Shown: in pieces, positions 50,262 through 62,225 of the stretch
How positions within the stretch are numbered: the first letter of the stretch is position 1
Layout: each line of letters opens with the position of its first letter
Source: Marsupella aquatica
Taxonomy: Eukaryota; Plantae; Marchantiophyta
DNA: 64,000 nucleotides
NCBI GenBank assembly: GCA_973895155.1
Contig: OZ316892.1
Location: forward strand, 24,761,233 to 24,825,232
Direction: 5' to 3'
Translations under genes and position numbers: made by a program
Notes under the pieces: generated by a model
Databases searched by the model: none
Seen by the model: only the letters and a program-made list of their open reading frames with translations
Told to the model about the DNA's origin: nothing

Positions 50262-52710
50262 TAGCCGGTAAGTTTTCTGTCTTGGATACCATGAAAATGT
50301 AGGCATTTCTCGTCATTTTAATTTTCCGAGGAACCAGGTCAAGGTCAAGGAAATTTTGGTCACTTTTAACGATCAAGCATCAGGCCATGATTACATGTCT
50401 TGGTCACATTATTACCTCCAGTGGCCATTCTTTCGGGTTCTCACATTGTCATTTATCTAGACCTAAAGATTTGGGGTTACCTGCGCTCTTTCCGTTGCAG
50501 TTTCTTTGTGAGACCATTGTTGTGTCAATTTCTTGAGCCATTTTTCCGAGGCCGAGGAAATTGTGTCCACTCTTGTGGATCAAACGACAGGCCATCACTC
50601 CATGGTGTTACATTGTCGTCTCTGTATGCCTACAATTGTGGCGTTACTGTACTTGCTATGGAAGTAGAGTTTCCTGGTGAGGTCTTCCATTTTAATATGG
50701 CATCATCCCTAAATGACTAAACCTTTGGTATTCCTTGCAGTTTTTCTGTAGGTGGAGTTTCTGTTTGAAGTTCCGTAATTTCTGGCCCTCTATCGTGAGC
50801 GTCTTGGTTCTTACAAGTCTTTCTTCGTTTATTGCGCGCTGAGATATACGCTGGAAAGACAAATTTAAATGCACAACAGAACGGGATAAATTTTAGGGTA
50901 AGATGCTACTTCGCATGTGAGCTCTTAAAATTTTTGCTCTTGGACAGTCTTCTGCCTTCGGCAGATGATGATGCTGGTGATGCTCGTGAAGATGATGGTC
51001 CGTTTTTATAGTGTTGAGTAGAGGAGTGGGTCCCAAACACTCCTAGGTATAGAAAGTTAATCTATCTCCCTTTTTGCAACGCGAACAGGAGCCTGCTACC
51101 AACTTGTTGGGGGGCTCTCCATAAAGATGTCCTAAATGACGTCGATGAGCACTAGAGTTTTAGATCACGGGATTAGGGTTTGTACATACCACCCTGGACA
51201 GGCCGCAAGAACCCAAATGTACTCAGCTTAGTGGTAGGAAATGCTCGTAAAGATAGTTATAGGTTTGCTGACAGATCCAGTCTTTGGAATACAACTTCCA
51301 AGGGGCTCCTCATGCACGCAGATGACGAATGGAAACAATGATCGCACTCCTGCATTTAGGAATTTGTATACATCAGTGCAGATGAGTGCTTTTAGCAGCG
51401 TTGAACTTCTGAATTTCCAACCATTTTCTATACTCTGGACTTTTGAAGTATACTCATTGTCTATGTACTGTCTTTTTGCACCCTGTGTTACATGGTTATA
51501 CTCGTGGCCCATCCCTTTAGCATTGGCTGGCGATCCAGCCTCCCCTCCTCCTCTGACCAGGCACAAGTCATGTCTCGGGACCCGTCAAGCAAATTGATCC
51601 GACCCTTGTGTGGTTCACTGGTTTGAGGGGTCTATACACTAAAGGCTGTAGCAGATGCTGTGCAACTTATCCACTTTTGGATTTGTAATCTGGCAGCCTG
51701 GGCCCTTCTGTCTGGCTGAGTGCCACATGTTCATTCGATCAAGATCCTGTCCGAACTATGAAAAGTGTTATGTTCTTTTCATTCCTGGCTCATAGCCTGG
51801 GTTACTTGTACGCTCTAGTTCGGTACCTAAGATTCATTATTAACTGGTTGCTGTTATTGTCCCGGGAAGATTGTGGCCGTCAGACTGAGAATTAAACTGA
51901 AAAAGCCTTCGAGCAATGTCCGAAACAATCCTGAATGGTCATCAATTTTATAATGCTCTACCATAGCACGTGAACTCAGCTTCGTGCACTGATCTGAACA
52001 TGACGTACTTCCGAGGCTGTCGACAGATATCAGTAAAGTGATTCAATTTATGAGTTTATTGATCAATTTTCATTAAGGTTTTCTAATTATCAATGAATCG
52101 GAATGTGCGAGTGGATTGTTTGTGGGGCGATTAAAGCATGTGTGGCTTAAACCGCATGCTCGCTTCGTTGGCCTTCTCAGTGGTTGACTTGCATCATTTT
52201 GTTCGATAGTCTTCATGAGTGAAATCATTGTGTCCCATTCAAATCTCTAACTTTGGAATGACAGTGTAATCCAATGCTATCTTCCTATGCTTGCTCGAAG
52301 TTCACTGGTGCTGAATACTGTCCAGAAGTTAATGGCATAAATTGGAAAATGGTAGGTACTTGTACAAGGCATGTATCTCACTCATCACATATTATACAGC
52401 GGATGCAATCCATCGCACTATTTTATTGCTACAGTCCTAGACATAACGTTCCCACCCATCTGTAACTTCCATATTCTAACCTATAGCACAAAGCATGGGT
52501 CTGTACTTAAACCTTGCTACCACTATTCCAGACCCGTATAGTTTGTAGGGTGATTCATCGTTGGGGAACCAGTATCGAAATGGTTCCAAACTTGTGTTGT
52601 ATTATATTCATTCTGAGGTGAAAGAGAGCTTCCATTGATACTATTGGCTTCCATCCCGTGCTGTAACAATTTTGTGTTGTGGACATTCTCTATCAGGACA
52701 GTTTGAACTG

Positions 52711-52829
52711 TATTCTGTACAAGATCCCAAAATATGAGTCTGGCCCCAAACCACCCCTTGTGACTATCGACACTAACGATGGTGGGTGATAGGACCTACC
52801 TTTAAATTTAGGTCGGGACGGAGGGAGTA
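52711..52829. mobile_element. Stowaway (Tc1/mariner) MITE remnant
   Basis: Right TIR GGGACGGAGGGAG+TA at 52815-52829 is the reverse complement of canonical TA-CTCCCTCCGTCCC. The left end is degenerate (..TCCCAAAATATGAGTC). Confidence 0.7.
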
Positions 52830-52834
52830 ATTAA

Positions 52835-55800
52835 TTAAGACGAAGCTTTTGGCCCACAACTCCTTAGAGTAAAATTTGACTCCAGTTTCACAGCACCATT
52901 CTTGCCATCTCGGACTTGAAGTCTGAGAATTGGATCTACTTCCTTCCAATCCACCTGTGGTATCTCAAATATTTAGCAATTGAACATGGAGCGAAGTGCC
53001 GTTCACAAATTCAAGCCAATGACTTCAAGCAACTGAGATAAGTATAAAGATACGTACTTCAATCATTCCGAAAGAAGGGCCTCGCACAAAGCCACATTCC
53101 TCGTGATCTCTCAAGCCCACTGGGTCTCTTGTCCAGTCTGCAGCATACAATATTCAGGCTTAAAATCAATCCCATAAACCTCGTATTTCAGCCGTACTCA
53201 AACAACCCAAAAGGGCTCAACCTGCCACTTTACTGCGGAATTTATGGAGACTTTTAAGGACTCCATGTCAGACAGATAGCACCTGAACAATTTCTGAGTG
53301 GAATACACATGCTTCTATCAAACATGAGATAATGAACTCATGAACATGAGAGGAAGCGATTGATGCAAAACCGTCATAGACGCTGTAGCCTATAGATCAA
53401 CTGTAATTGGATTGGATATCCAAATTTGTTCTCGTGCAGCAGAAGAGATCATAACGGGTGAAGTTCAGTACCATCGCAACTGAAGTTGGCACCTGTGCTG
53501 GTTGTCAGTCCACTGGCCATCACCTGGAACACTTACCAGACACGTTTCAATGGATTGACGGTGTTTTGGAGACTGACCATCTGCTGTGAAAGGCAGAGAG
53601 CAACTAATAACATGTAGAAGGAGCTTTTCACAGCAGCATCGAAGTATGGATTTCCAGATACTAAGTCTAGTAAAGTCGATAATACTCTATATTCTGCACG
53701 ACTCGAGACTGACAAGCTTGGATTGAATGGTCAGATGACTTACTTGGAATAACGGATAAGAGAAGTCAACGCCTTCGTAATATTGGGAGTACGATAGTTT
53801 GTGTGGCCTCAAGACCTTCATGAAGAAAATCACATACCATCCGTTTCAGTGACAATAGCCAGGCAAAAACCTGTAAAGTTGGTGTGACTCAAAGAAACAG
53901 TAGTAGCCGATTCCACAGAGTGAAGCTACTCCCGCTTTGATTGCTGCCATATCCTTAGTATATCTCACGGTTCTCAATTGTGGGACTATTACGATGACAC
54001 CACAGGTCAACAAGATCTTGGTCTACTTTGAACAAGATGAGAAGAATACAATGACCAAGCAATTACCGCTAAACTAAGAAACAAGGAGTTCACGAGATGA
54101 GAATGGATCGATATGAGAACAAGACCCATTTGAAGAATTTCAGATTAAGATGTTCAATAACAAAGCCAAGTTCTTTAAGGCCACAAATGTGGGAATTACG
54201 ACGACACTACCTTTATGTCAGAAAAGTGCATATCGCCCGTTAAGATAGTCACACATCCAGATGTGCGAGAGAGGAGATGGAGTAAGTGGAGCTGTGCTGG
54301 CTTGTAGCATTCCCAATCATCTCCAGTACATAGGCAAGCCAAATTGGTCCGGACTGTTCCCTCATTTTCACACATCTGCAATACATCCAGAACACTGTAA
54401 ATACGAAACTACCAGAACAGTCAATCATGATTTTGAAGTCAAGAACTTGAAACAAGTATTCATGGAATTCCATACATGCATGCAAACCATTGGAAGTTTT
54501 TGACCAGACAACTGAAAATTGCTCCATCAAATAGGTCACCTTGAGAGGCAAAGTTAGGCACCTGGGGTTTTGGGTTTCCGAGGAGAACCGAACTTGAAAC
54601 TATAAGCTTCACCGGAGCATTCGATTGGGCTAGGCTTTCCTTTAGCCATAATCTTTGATCTTTTCCGAGTACCTACGTCATCGTGCAGTGGAAAGTGATT
54701 TACCGAGAAGCAGAACGAAGTTTAAATTTAAATCCTCGAATTTGAAGTTTTGCCTCTCTGCACAACCAAAGTCTTCAGCCAAAATTTGTTTAAAATACAC
54801 GATGTGACTCACCTGCAACATCTAGATTTCTCACAGAAAATTATTCCAGCACTTCGAACGAAGTAAGAAGTTCTATTTTGGACTAGATACAAAACCTCAA
54901 CATAGCTGACATCGCATGAATCAGTCATACCTCGCAAAAGGGACTCTCTACACGTCCATCAACGACGTCTGAACCTGAAGCTTCCACTAAATTCCCATCC
55001 GTGTCAACAACAAAAGAGCGGGAGCCAAAGAGAGGTGACGACGCGTCACATGCTTCGGGATAAAGAATATTCCGTTTGTTGCTCTCCTGCAGACACCACC
55101 CTTCAGCCCAATCAACGAGCCTCGTCACTAGTACTCAAGAAAATAAATGAAAACAAATAGTATGTACAGGCTCTTGTGCACAATCTTGTATAGTAGCATG
55201 CAATTTTCAAATCTCCCTACCGTGGACTCTTGCAATAGCAGGTGAAATAACCTACTCTACAAGCAGATGAGCACTATGGATTTATGAAAAAGTATATCAC
55301 AAACCATAAAAAATTTCATCGTCTTTACTACAGCATGATCCCCTGCCCAAATCCCCTCCATGTAAGAAATCCTTGCACCTGTTAGGAAAGACATTGCACA
55401 GTTTTGTGAGATAAAATCACACATCAGAAGACTGGTCCATATAACGCTTCTTATATAGATTGCAGCATAGTTAAGGGAAAGGAGTAATCCCTGACCAGGC
55501 ATGCTGTGGATGATCAGCAATTGCAAGTACTGCTTTACAAAATTCACGTCGGGTGTGGCAGGGGAGTGTGCCCCGATTGTAGCGCTCATCCAGGAGAAAA
55601 ATGTCAATCTCTCGACCCGGTCGGTCCCCATTCAAAGTATACTGCAAATACATTGCGCACACGCAGATGCGGATGCTCATTCGTTTTGTCAACGAAAATT
55701 GCAACGAAAACGTTGACAGAAATAAGCACTGTATATGCAAACGAAAGAACAAGGTATTTGATCTGGCTTCATTAAATATCTGTACTTGTAATTATGCTAG

Positions 55801-57544
55801 GCCCGAGATCACTAGCATTCCTCAAGTGAACCCTACAGATGCTCAGAGCTCACCTTCCACTCTATGCCCCTGCCCCTGTTTCTGCGAGGACTACCGTTGG
55901 GTTCACCAATTGCATCCAAAAATATCTGCTTCAGACTATCCTTTTTTGGTAGACGATAGTTCCCATTGGTCCTGCAGAGAATCATGTAATTCTTGCAAAT
56001 TGAAACTTCAGAAAGTTTTTTTTCAAATTTGAAGTACTCCGTTAAGTGTGTATCCAGCAACCTCTCATGACATGACAAATGAGAAAAGAATAGGTGTATT
56101 TGACAAAATGATGCGAGATGAACTGTGAAAAGAGGAAGCATGGTACCAACTGTAGTCATGATCGTCGTATGTACCAAATATTCGACGTGGACAAATAGAA
56201 GGATCTGGACCAGTAGGAGGCAATAAGCCTTTTGCACGGTGACCAGGGCACATGAATTCCAAAAACTGCAACGTGCGACGAACTTATTAGCCTCGCCCGC
56301 AGAAGAGGAAAGCATGCAGGGGTTAAGCGAACCTTTCCATTTCAAATAATTTGGAACAGATGTCCGTAGAGCAGGCACCCAGGTTGAGCGAATAAGTTGT
56401 CAACAGAGAACACATGTGGGCATTACATTTTTACCTGGGCATAGTCTGGATTAGAGAGCTGCGCTTGCACCCGACTTAATGCATGGTCATGATTACCTGC
56501 AAACAGAGAAGTTGCGGTAATCATTTCGATAAGTCAAGATTTAGATTAGACGTAGCGAATTGCAAACTCGATACTGGTCAAAAGCTTAGCAAGAAGACCA
56601 AAAACAAAGCAATGAGGAAGCAAACTGTACATCTTCTTCACTGTACTGACCTGCCATACAGGTGTAAGGAGGCTGATGAAGCCAGTCAGCAGTGCAATTG
56701 CAATGTGCATGATTGGGGAGAGCTTGACAGTTCACCCGAGGTTCATCCATGTAGGCCATATCTCCTACCCTGCGGCAGAGTATTTTCAGTATCACAATCT
56801 GAATCAATGTTAAGCGACCTAGCTACATCAAACCGCATCTTCGTTGCCCATTCTTCAAGGCCTCACCTCTTTTCTACAATATTTATGGTTGCCAAAGCTA
56901 GCAGCTTAATTATACATCCAATACAAATCCAAAACAATTGTTATGGTTGCTCAGATCCTTCAGCCTAGAAAACTTCTCCATTTAACAAAAGAAACCACTT
57001 AAGATATGCATACTTTGGGCATTCACTTAACTACAGAGAAATCGGAAGTCAATGTGAACCCACTCAAACGAGGAGTGCACGACATGAAGAAGGAGAGCTG
57101 AAGCTACAAAATGAAGACATCTGAACGCTGTTGACACCACTCAAAACAATCTACATACATACATCCATGCATCCAGGCATGATAACCCCTAAATCTTTTA
57201 CAAGTGAATCTGGGGACGCAAACAGCAACTCTTCAAAAAGGACGGTAATGAGAATAAGAAAGAGACCAGATCCAAGCATCAGGGTCACTGGGAATGACAC
57301 CGTGGACCCAGATGGGCTGTGGGCTGTAGTCATAAGCGGTGCAAGATCCGAAAGCAATTTTAGAGACCATTCTTTCACGAGGAGCTGAAGTTGGAAGTGA
57401 CACCCCAGATCTCTCTAGAGTGACGATGCTCACAATTGATAGAACTGTTGAAATCACAGAAACGACTCCCACCAGCATCACACCTACAAAACTCCAGCGC
57501 ACCTGTTGCACTGTTCTTATCAGAATGGGGCCATTATTTTGCAT
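52835..57544 (-). CDS. PhoD-family (alkaline phosphatase D-like) metallophosphatase with N-terminal TM segment and Cys-rich inserts; multi-exon; may start further upstream at 58403
   Basis: Spliced peptides in order: TM (WSFVGVMLVGVVSVISTVLSIVSIV), KIAFGSC..QPIW..PDAWIW|VGDMAYMD (57544-57267, 56769-), GTYDDHDY (~56170), KQIFLDAIGEP, IFLLDERYNR (~55590), VLGKDQRLWL..SL..SNAPVKLIVSSS (~54670), GDDWECY..ILTGDMHFSDI (~54320-54211), VMASGLT, PSFGMIE|VDWKE...KASS* (stop 52835-52837). Confidence 0.85.
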
Positions 57545-57772
57545 AGTGATACGCCCACTAGAAGCCCCGACCCAGGCAGACCATGAGGAACAGTAATTCA
57601 AAGCGTTCAGAAGGCACAGTGGCAAATCAAATCACAATTGTTCCACTATTCTTATCCGCATGGAGCTATTAATTGTGTAGTGCTACGCCCATGGAAGCCC
57701 CGACCTAGGCAGACCATGAGGTACTATATTTCAACGCGTTAGGAAGTCACATTGGCAAATCAAATCCCAATC
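57545..57772. repeat. ~134-bp-period duplication upstream of the PhoD TM exon
   Basis: AGTG.TACGCCCA..GAAGCCCCGACC.AGGCAGACCATGAGG...TGGCAAATCAAATC.CAAT at 57545 and 57679. Confidence 0.85.
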
Positions 57773-59647
57773 AATTGTTTTATTTCAAGTTGGTCCCGTT
57801 TTTGCAGGAATTGTTTAATTTGGACACCGGACGTCTGAAATTTCTAGAGAAAATCTCCAAAACTTCCGTTCTGCTGATGTTTTGCTGTAGGTTGCAATTT
57901 AGAAAAGCACTGTTCTTAGCAGACATCTTGTGGAGGAAGAGGATGGAGAATTCTTTGCTGACTATTAGTTTCAGTTGCTCCACTTTATACTCCAAGTTCA
58001 ATTTCCTGGGAGAAAGAAACAAAGCTCGTGCACCCGCCCGCAAAACCAACGATTTGAAAAGGAAATGGAAGCAGGTGGAAAACAACAAACGGTTTCGTAA
58101 GCGACAGTCAGCTGCAGAGATCCAGATGGGACGACTCTACCATACCTGCCCGACAGATGGATCTAAAGTGTTCCATAATGAAGATATTATTAGACATTTC
58201 ATTTCGAATCAAACCTTGTAAAAATTATACAGCGATTGAATGAACCCTCACGAGAATAGAGAAGCAACCTTGCGTGGCCTGGATTCCCTGCGCCTCGGTA
58301 ACGGGATCCTATCTCTGTCCGGGGACTCCGCCCAATGAATGTCACCCTCAAGAAGCTCGGCATGATCTTCTGCGTCCCCCGCTGCTTGTCTCCGTCTGTC
58401 CATTGTGTAATAATCCCTTCGGACGAGGCTAGCAAACAGTCTTCCTGGGCGCACAGTAGAATTCCTTCCTGGATAACATTCCTATCGTCCAACTATACGC
58501 GTTTCCAGTATGTCTGCGGCGCATGGACATCAATTGACGGACGGCAAATGATAATCTGTGAAGCGCCAATTGTACATCAGCAAGCTGCGCAATCTCTTTC
58601 AAAACGATGGCTCGAAATTCGTAGTCTTCTTTCATACAACTCGTCGAGGAATCCCCGGCTTGAGTGTCCGTCACCGAGTGTAGCTTAGCTGCTTTTTTTT
58701 GCCTAGCACCTTCGCAAGTACGAAGTCGACGGAATCAGGTCCGGATGCCGCGCACAGAATTCACCCGAAATGAAATACGCAAAAATTTCCTCCCTCCAAT
58801 ACGTAGAAAGGTTATCAACGACCAAAATGTCAAAAGCAGTCGTACTCTACACTCCTGTGTTCCCATTCACACAGATACTTTCACATCTCCTGGCCAATCC
58901 GGACGAATGCAGCAAAATCCCATAAATTCAAAATATCTGCCAATCCGCTCCTCTCTTCCGTCTTCCATACCCCTGCAGCAATTTCCAAAAGAATCCTACC
59001 AATTCAACTAATCTGGAGGAGCAAAACAAGCGAAAACAACAACTCCGTCAAAAAGGCCGCGACGCCAAGTTCATCAACATTCCTTCCAGTCCATCGGGAA
59101 AAGAAAAGACCACTTCAATTTCATGAGCCACTGCTCATGCTCCATGCTGGAAACGGAAAACGGCGTACATACACACCGTAGTACAATAGTAGCCAACCAG
59201 GCAGCACTGGAAGGAAGAATTGTGATCAGAACGACCGCCTCGGCTGCCCGATTCGAAGTCAAATTAAGCCGAAGTCAAATAAACCCCTCCATCGCAAAGC
59301 TCGACGACAGCCGCAATAATCAAACGATGAGTCTGCGGCCCCAATCAAAGTCCAATTTCATCGAATTCATGTGCTTCGCGTGCATCCACGCCACCATATC
59401 GTCTAGTAGTAGAGAACAAAGAGATTGGCATCATCGCGAGCCAGAGAGCAGAAAAAGGGCGCGGTCAATCAGTCATGTAGACGCAATTCGAATGTCGAGG
59501 GTACACACGGGACCGGCGAGCCCCGTGAAGGCCGTGATCTTGGTGGCATATGCTCCTACCATGGAACCCTCATCATGCCGCCCCCCGCCCCGCCGTACCC
59601 CTCTCGGCCAATGTCCCTCGTACTCGCGAACTTTTTATGCCTCGGAA

Positions 59648-59790
59648 TGATTATCACTTGATTTATAATAGGGACGCTTTTGCCTTGAAATTATTATCAT
59701 CACTTGATTTATAATAGGGACGTTTTTGCCATGAAATTATTATCATCACTTGATTAATAATAGGGACGCTTTTGTCTCGAAATGATTTTC
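59648..59790. repeat. ~48-bp tandem repeat x 3
   Basis: ATCACTTGATT.ATAATAGGGACG.TTTTG.C..GAAAT x3. A related GGGACGCATTAGCCTCGAAATTATT occurs at ~60477. Confidence 0.85.
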
Positions 59791-61959
59791 ACTTCACTTC
59801 ACTAAATTTTTTCTAGGCTGCTGTATATGGTGGGACACTCTTTCTCTATCTTGTCTCATTGAATTTGATTGAAATGTATTATTACGTTAATTTGGTCTAA
59901 TCTATGCTTTAATTATGCATTATTTAGAATTTAGTCAGTTTTGGCAGCCCCTTTAAATTTTTTAATTTCCTTAGTTTTTATTAGATCCCTATAAATTTTT
60001 TAATATTTTGAGGGGCATATTTCCTTATTGGCATGAGAGAAGGTTAGACCCTTCAACCAACCAACTAGTACACTATTCATTGATGAGTCCACCTTATATG
60101 TCATTAGTTATAGAGTTTACACTGTTCATGGTTTATTGATGAATTGGTGTCACCTAAATAGAGAGCCTCAAATAGAACAGAAATTTTAAAAACAAAATTC
60201 AGTAGTTTAGGCTCTTCTCTTTGAATCATAAAGTGTTGTGCTTATACAAGTACATTGACTAGTACCTTGAAATTAATGCACATGTCTTCAAATATTGTAC
60301 TTTTCTCATTATTAAAAATCTGTGTAGTTTTTTCATTAACTTTCATAAAATCATTCTTTCAATACTTGTTTTTTATAAACTAGTCGTATTAAAATGTCTC
60401 CTCATTTCAATTCTTCTAGATAAGTCAAAATAGGCATGTAGGAGGATGAACATGCTATATCACTTCACTTAGAATCGGGACGCATTAGCCTCGAAATTAT
60501 TGCTTACAATAGAGGGAGGCGAAAGGAAAATGATTCTCTCGCGTACCGAGACCAGTGTCATGCAACCCATGGACCTTGACTTTTACACCTTTCATATATT
60601 TCAAACTGCCACAAAACAGAGGGTGAGAGTGCCGCCAACAGTGAGACAACAGTGAGACGTACATGATACCTCAGGCAAAAGACCCAATCAAGGGGTGGGA
60701 CCACCAAAGGGCCAGAAGGCCAGGAAGCAAAGAAACAAAGAACTACCCTAGACCCAAACACCAACACCCCAAAGCCTATCGATCAGCAAACTGAAGAGCC
60801 TGGTATAACTCCCGTGCAAATTGCATGGGAGGGTCAAGCAAAGGAATCCTACTAGAGGCCCTAAGACCAACAGCCTCACAGCGACAAAGAATAGTGAACA
60901 TCTGAGTGTGCCCGCTGAAGCACAACATACACCTTCTGTCTAAAGAATGTCGTGATGACAAACACCCGGGGATAGGGCCTCCGCTCAATATACTTAATTG
61001 CGCAAGAGTGTAGAAAATGGTCAAAGGATGGGTTTAGTGCCCCAAATATCTCCACGGCAAAGGGATAGAAGAGGTCCCCAGGTACCGCACAGCATAGGCC
61101 TCCCCCTTAAGTCAAGCTGCCCTTGCAGCGACATGGCCTGGTACATAGGCAGCAGAAGCCATTTTGGCCCCACTGGTTGGATAAGCAACAATGACATCCC
61201 CAAGGGCACAAACTCCGGCACGAGAGAATACCAAATCTGCCCGACAACGATCAGAACCTCATCCCGTGGAGGTAACACACGTCTGAGGTGCTCCATCATA
61301 ACATGGTACCCAGAGTCACAAGCAATTACCGCCACCACGTCCCAGATGTCATCGTGTGTTGCAATCCTCTCTACCATATCACACCTGAGAATATGAACAC
61401 CCTGCCCATCAGGGGCGCACCACAGAGTGACGCATGTGGGAAGACCCAAGAGGCAAGGGTGAGGAAGACCCAGCCGAAGGCCTTTCCCCTAGACACTTTT
61501 CCCATCTGACAAGGACATTGATACTATTTGCACATTCACTCATTAACATTTTTCTGATTTTCAAAAACATTTGAAGAGCAAGGTTTGACCTTCCATACCA
61601 CCCTTGACATCCAGCTGAATTTCATGTTCTCAGGATTATTTTAAGCGACTTGGGAAAGTTTTTTCAACCAGTCTAATATCCCCATTTTTGATCAAGAGTT
61701 GAGAGAGTTATGAATTTCTAAAGATTGCTCCATGGCTCAGTGTCCACAATTTATGCTCCCAGTTAACTTTGTCATTATTCTCAAGATCCAATCACATTTT
61801 GGGGAGAGGGGGGCTTCCAATGAGCCTTGTCAAATTTCATTTAAAATTGATAGACCTACAAATTTACAAAGATGATGGTCTCCTTTCAGTTGCCACATTT
61901 CACTCAACTTAGTACGCAATATGCATGAACTAGCGTGATGCCTGTCTGTTGCACAAAAG

Positions 61960-62225
61960 TTGTTGAGATGAGAAAAGATGTCAAGGTGAAAAAAAGAGGT
62001 CGATGAAAGTAAAAGATATCAAAGTGAGGAAATGATATTGAGGTGAGAAAACTATTTTGGGGAGAGAAAGGACGTCGAGAGTGAGGGAAATATGGACACA
62101 TGGTGAGATACGGATGTCAAGGTGAACAAAATGTGGCAAGATGAGAAAAAGATAAGATCTCAAGGTGAGAAAAGATGTTGAGGTGAGAGAAATATATCAA
62201 GGTGAGAACACATCTCGATGAGAAA
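61960..62225. repeat. Degenerate ~18-20-bp repeat array (GATGTCAAGGTGAGAAAA-like)
   Basis: Roughly ten variants of [AG]AT.TCAAGGTGA[GA]AAA are visible. Confidence 0.7.

Noticed and set aside
49722-50306. 194-aa antisense ORF over PFD2
   Set aside because: Shadow ORF of a GC-rich CDS, ending in microsatellite-derived PPSL repeats.
40966-57544. GAD, YbaK, PFD2 and PhoD as a functional gene cluster
   Set aside because: Functions are unrelated, orientations are mixed, and no shared regulatory motif was seen; ordinary gene neighbourhood is the simpler explanation.
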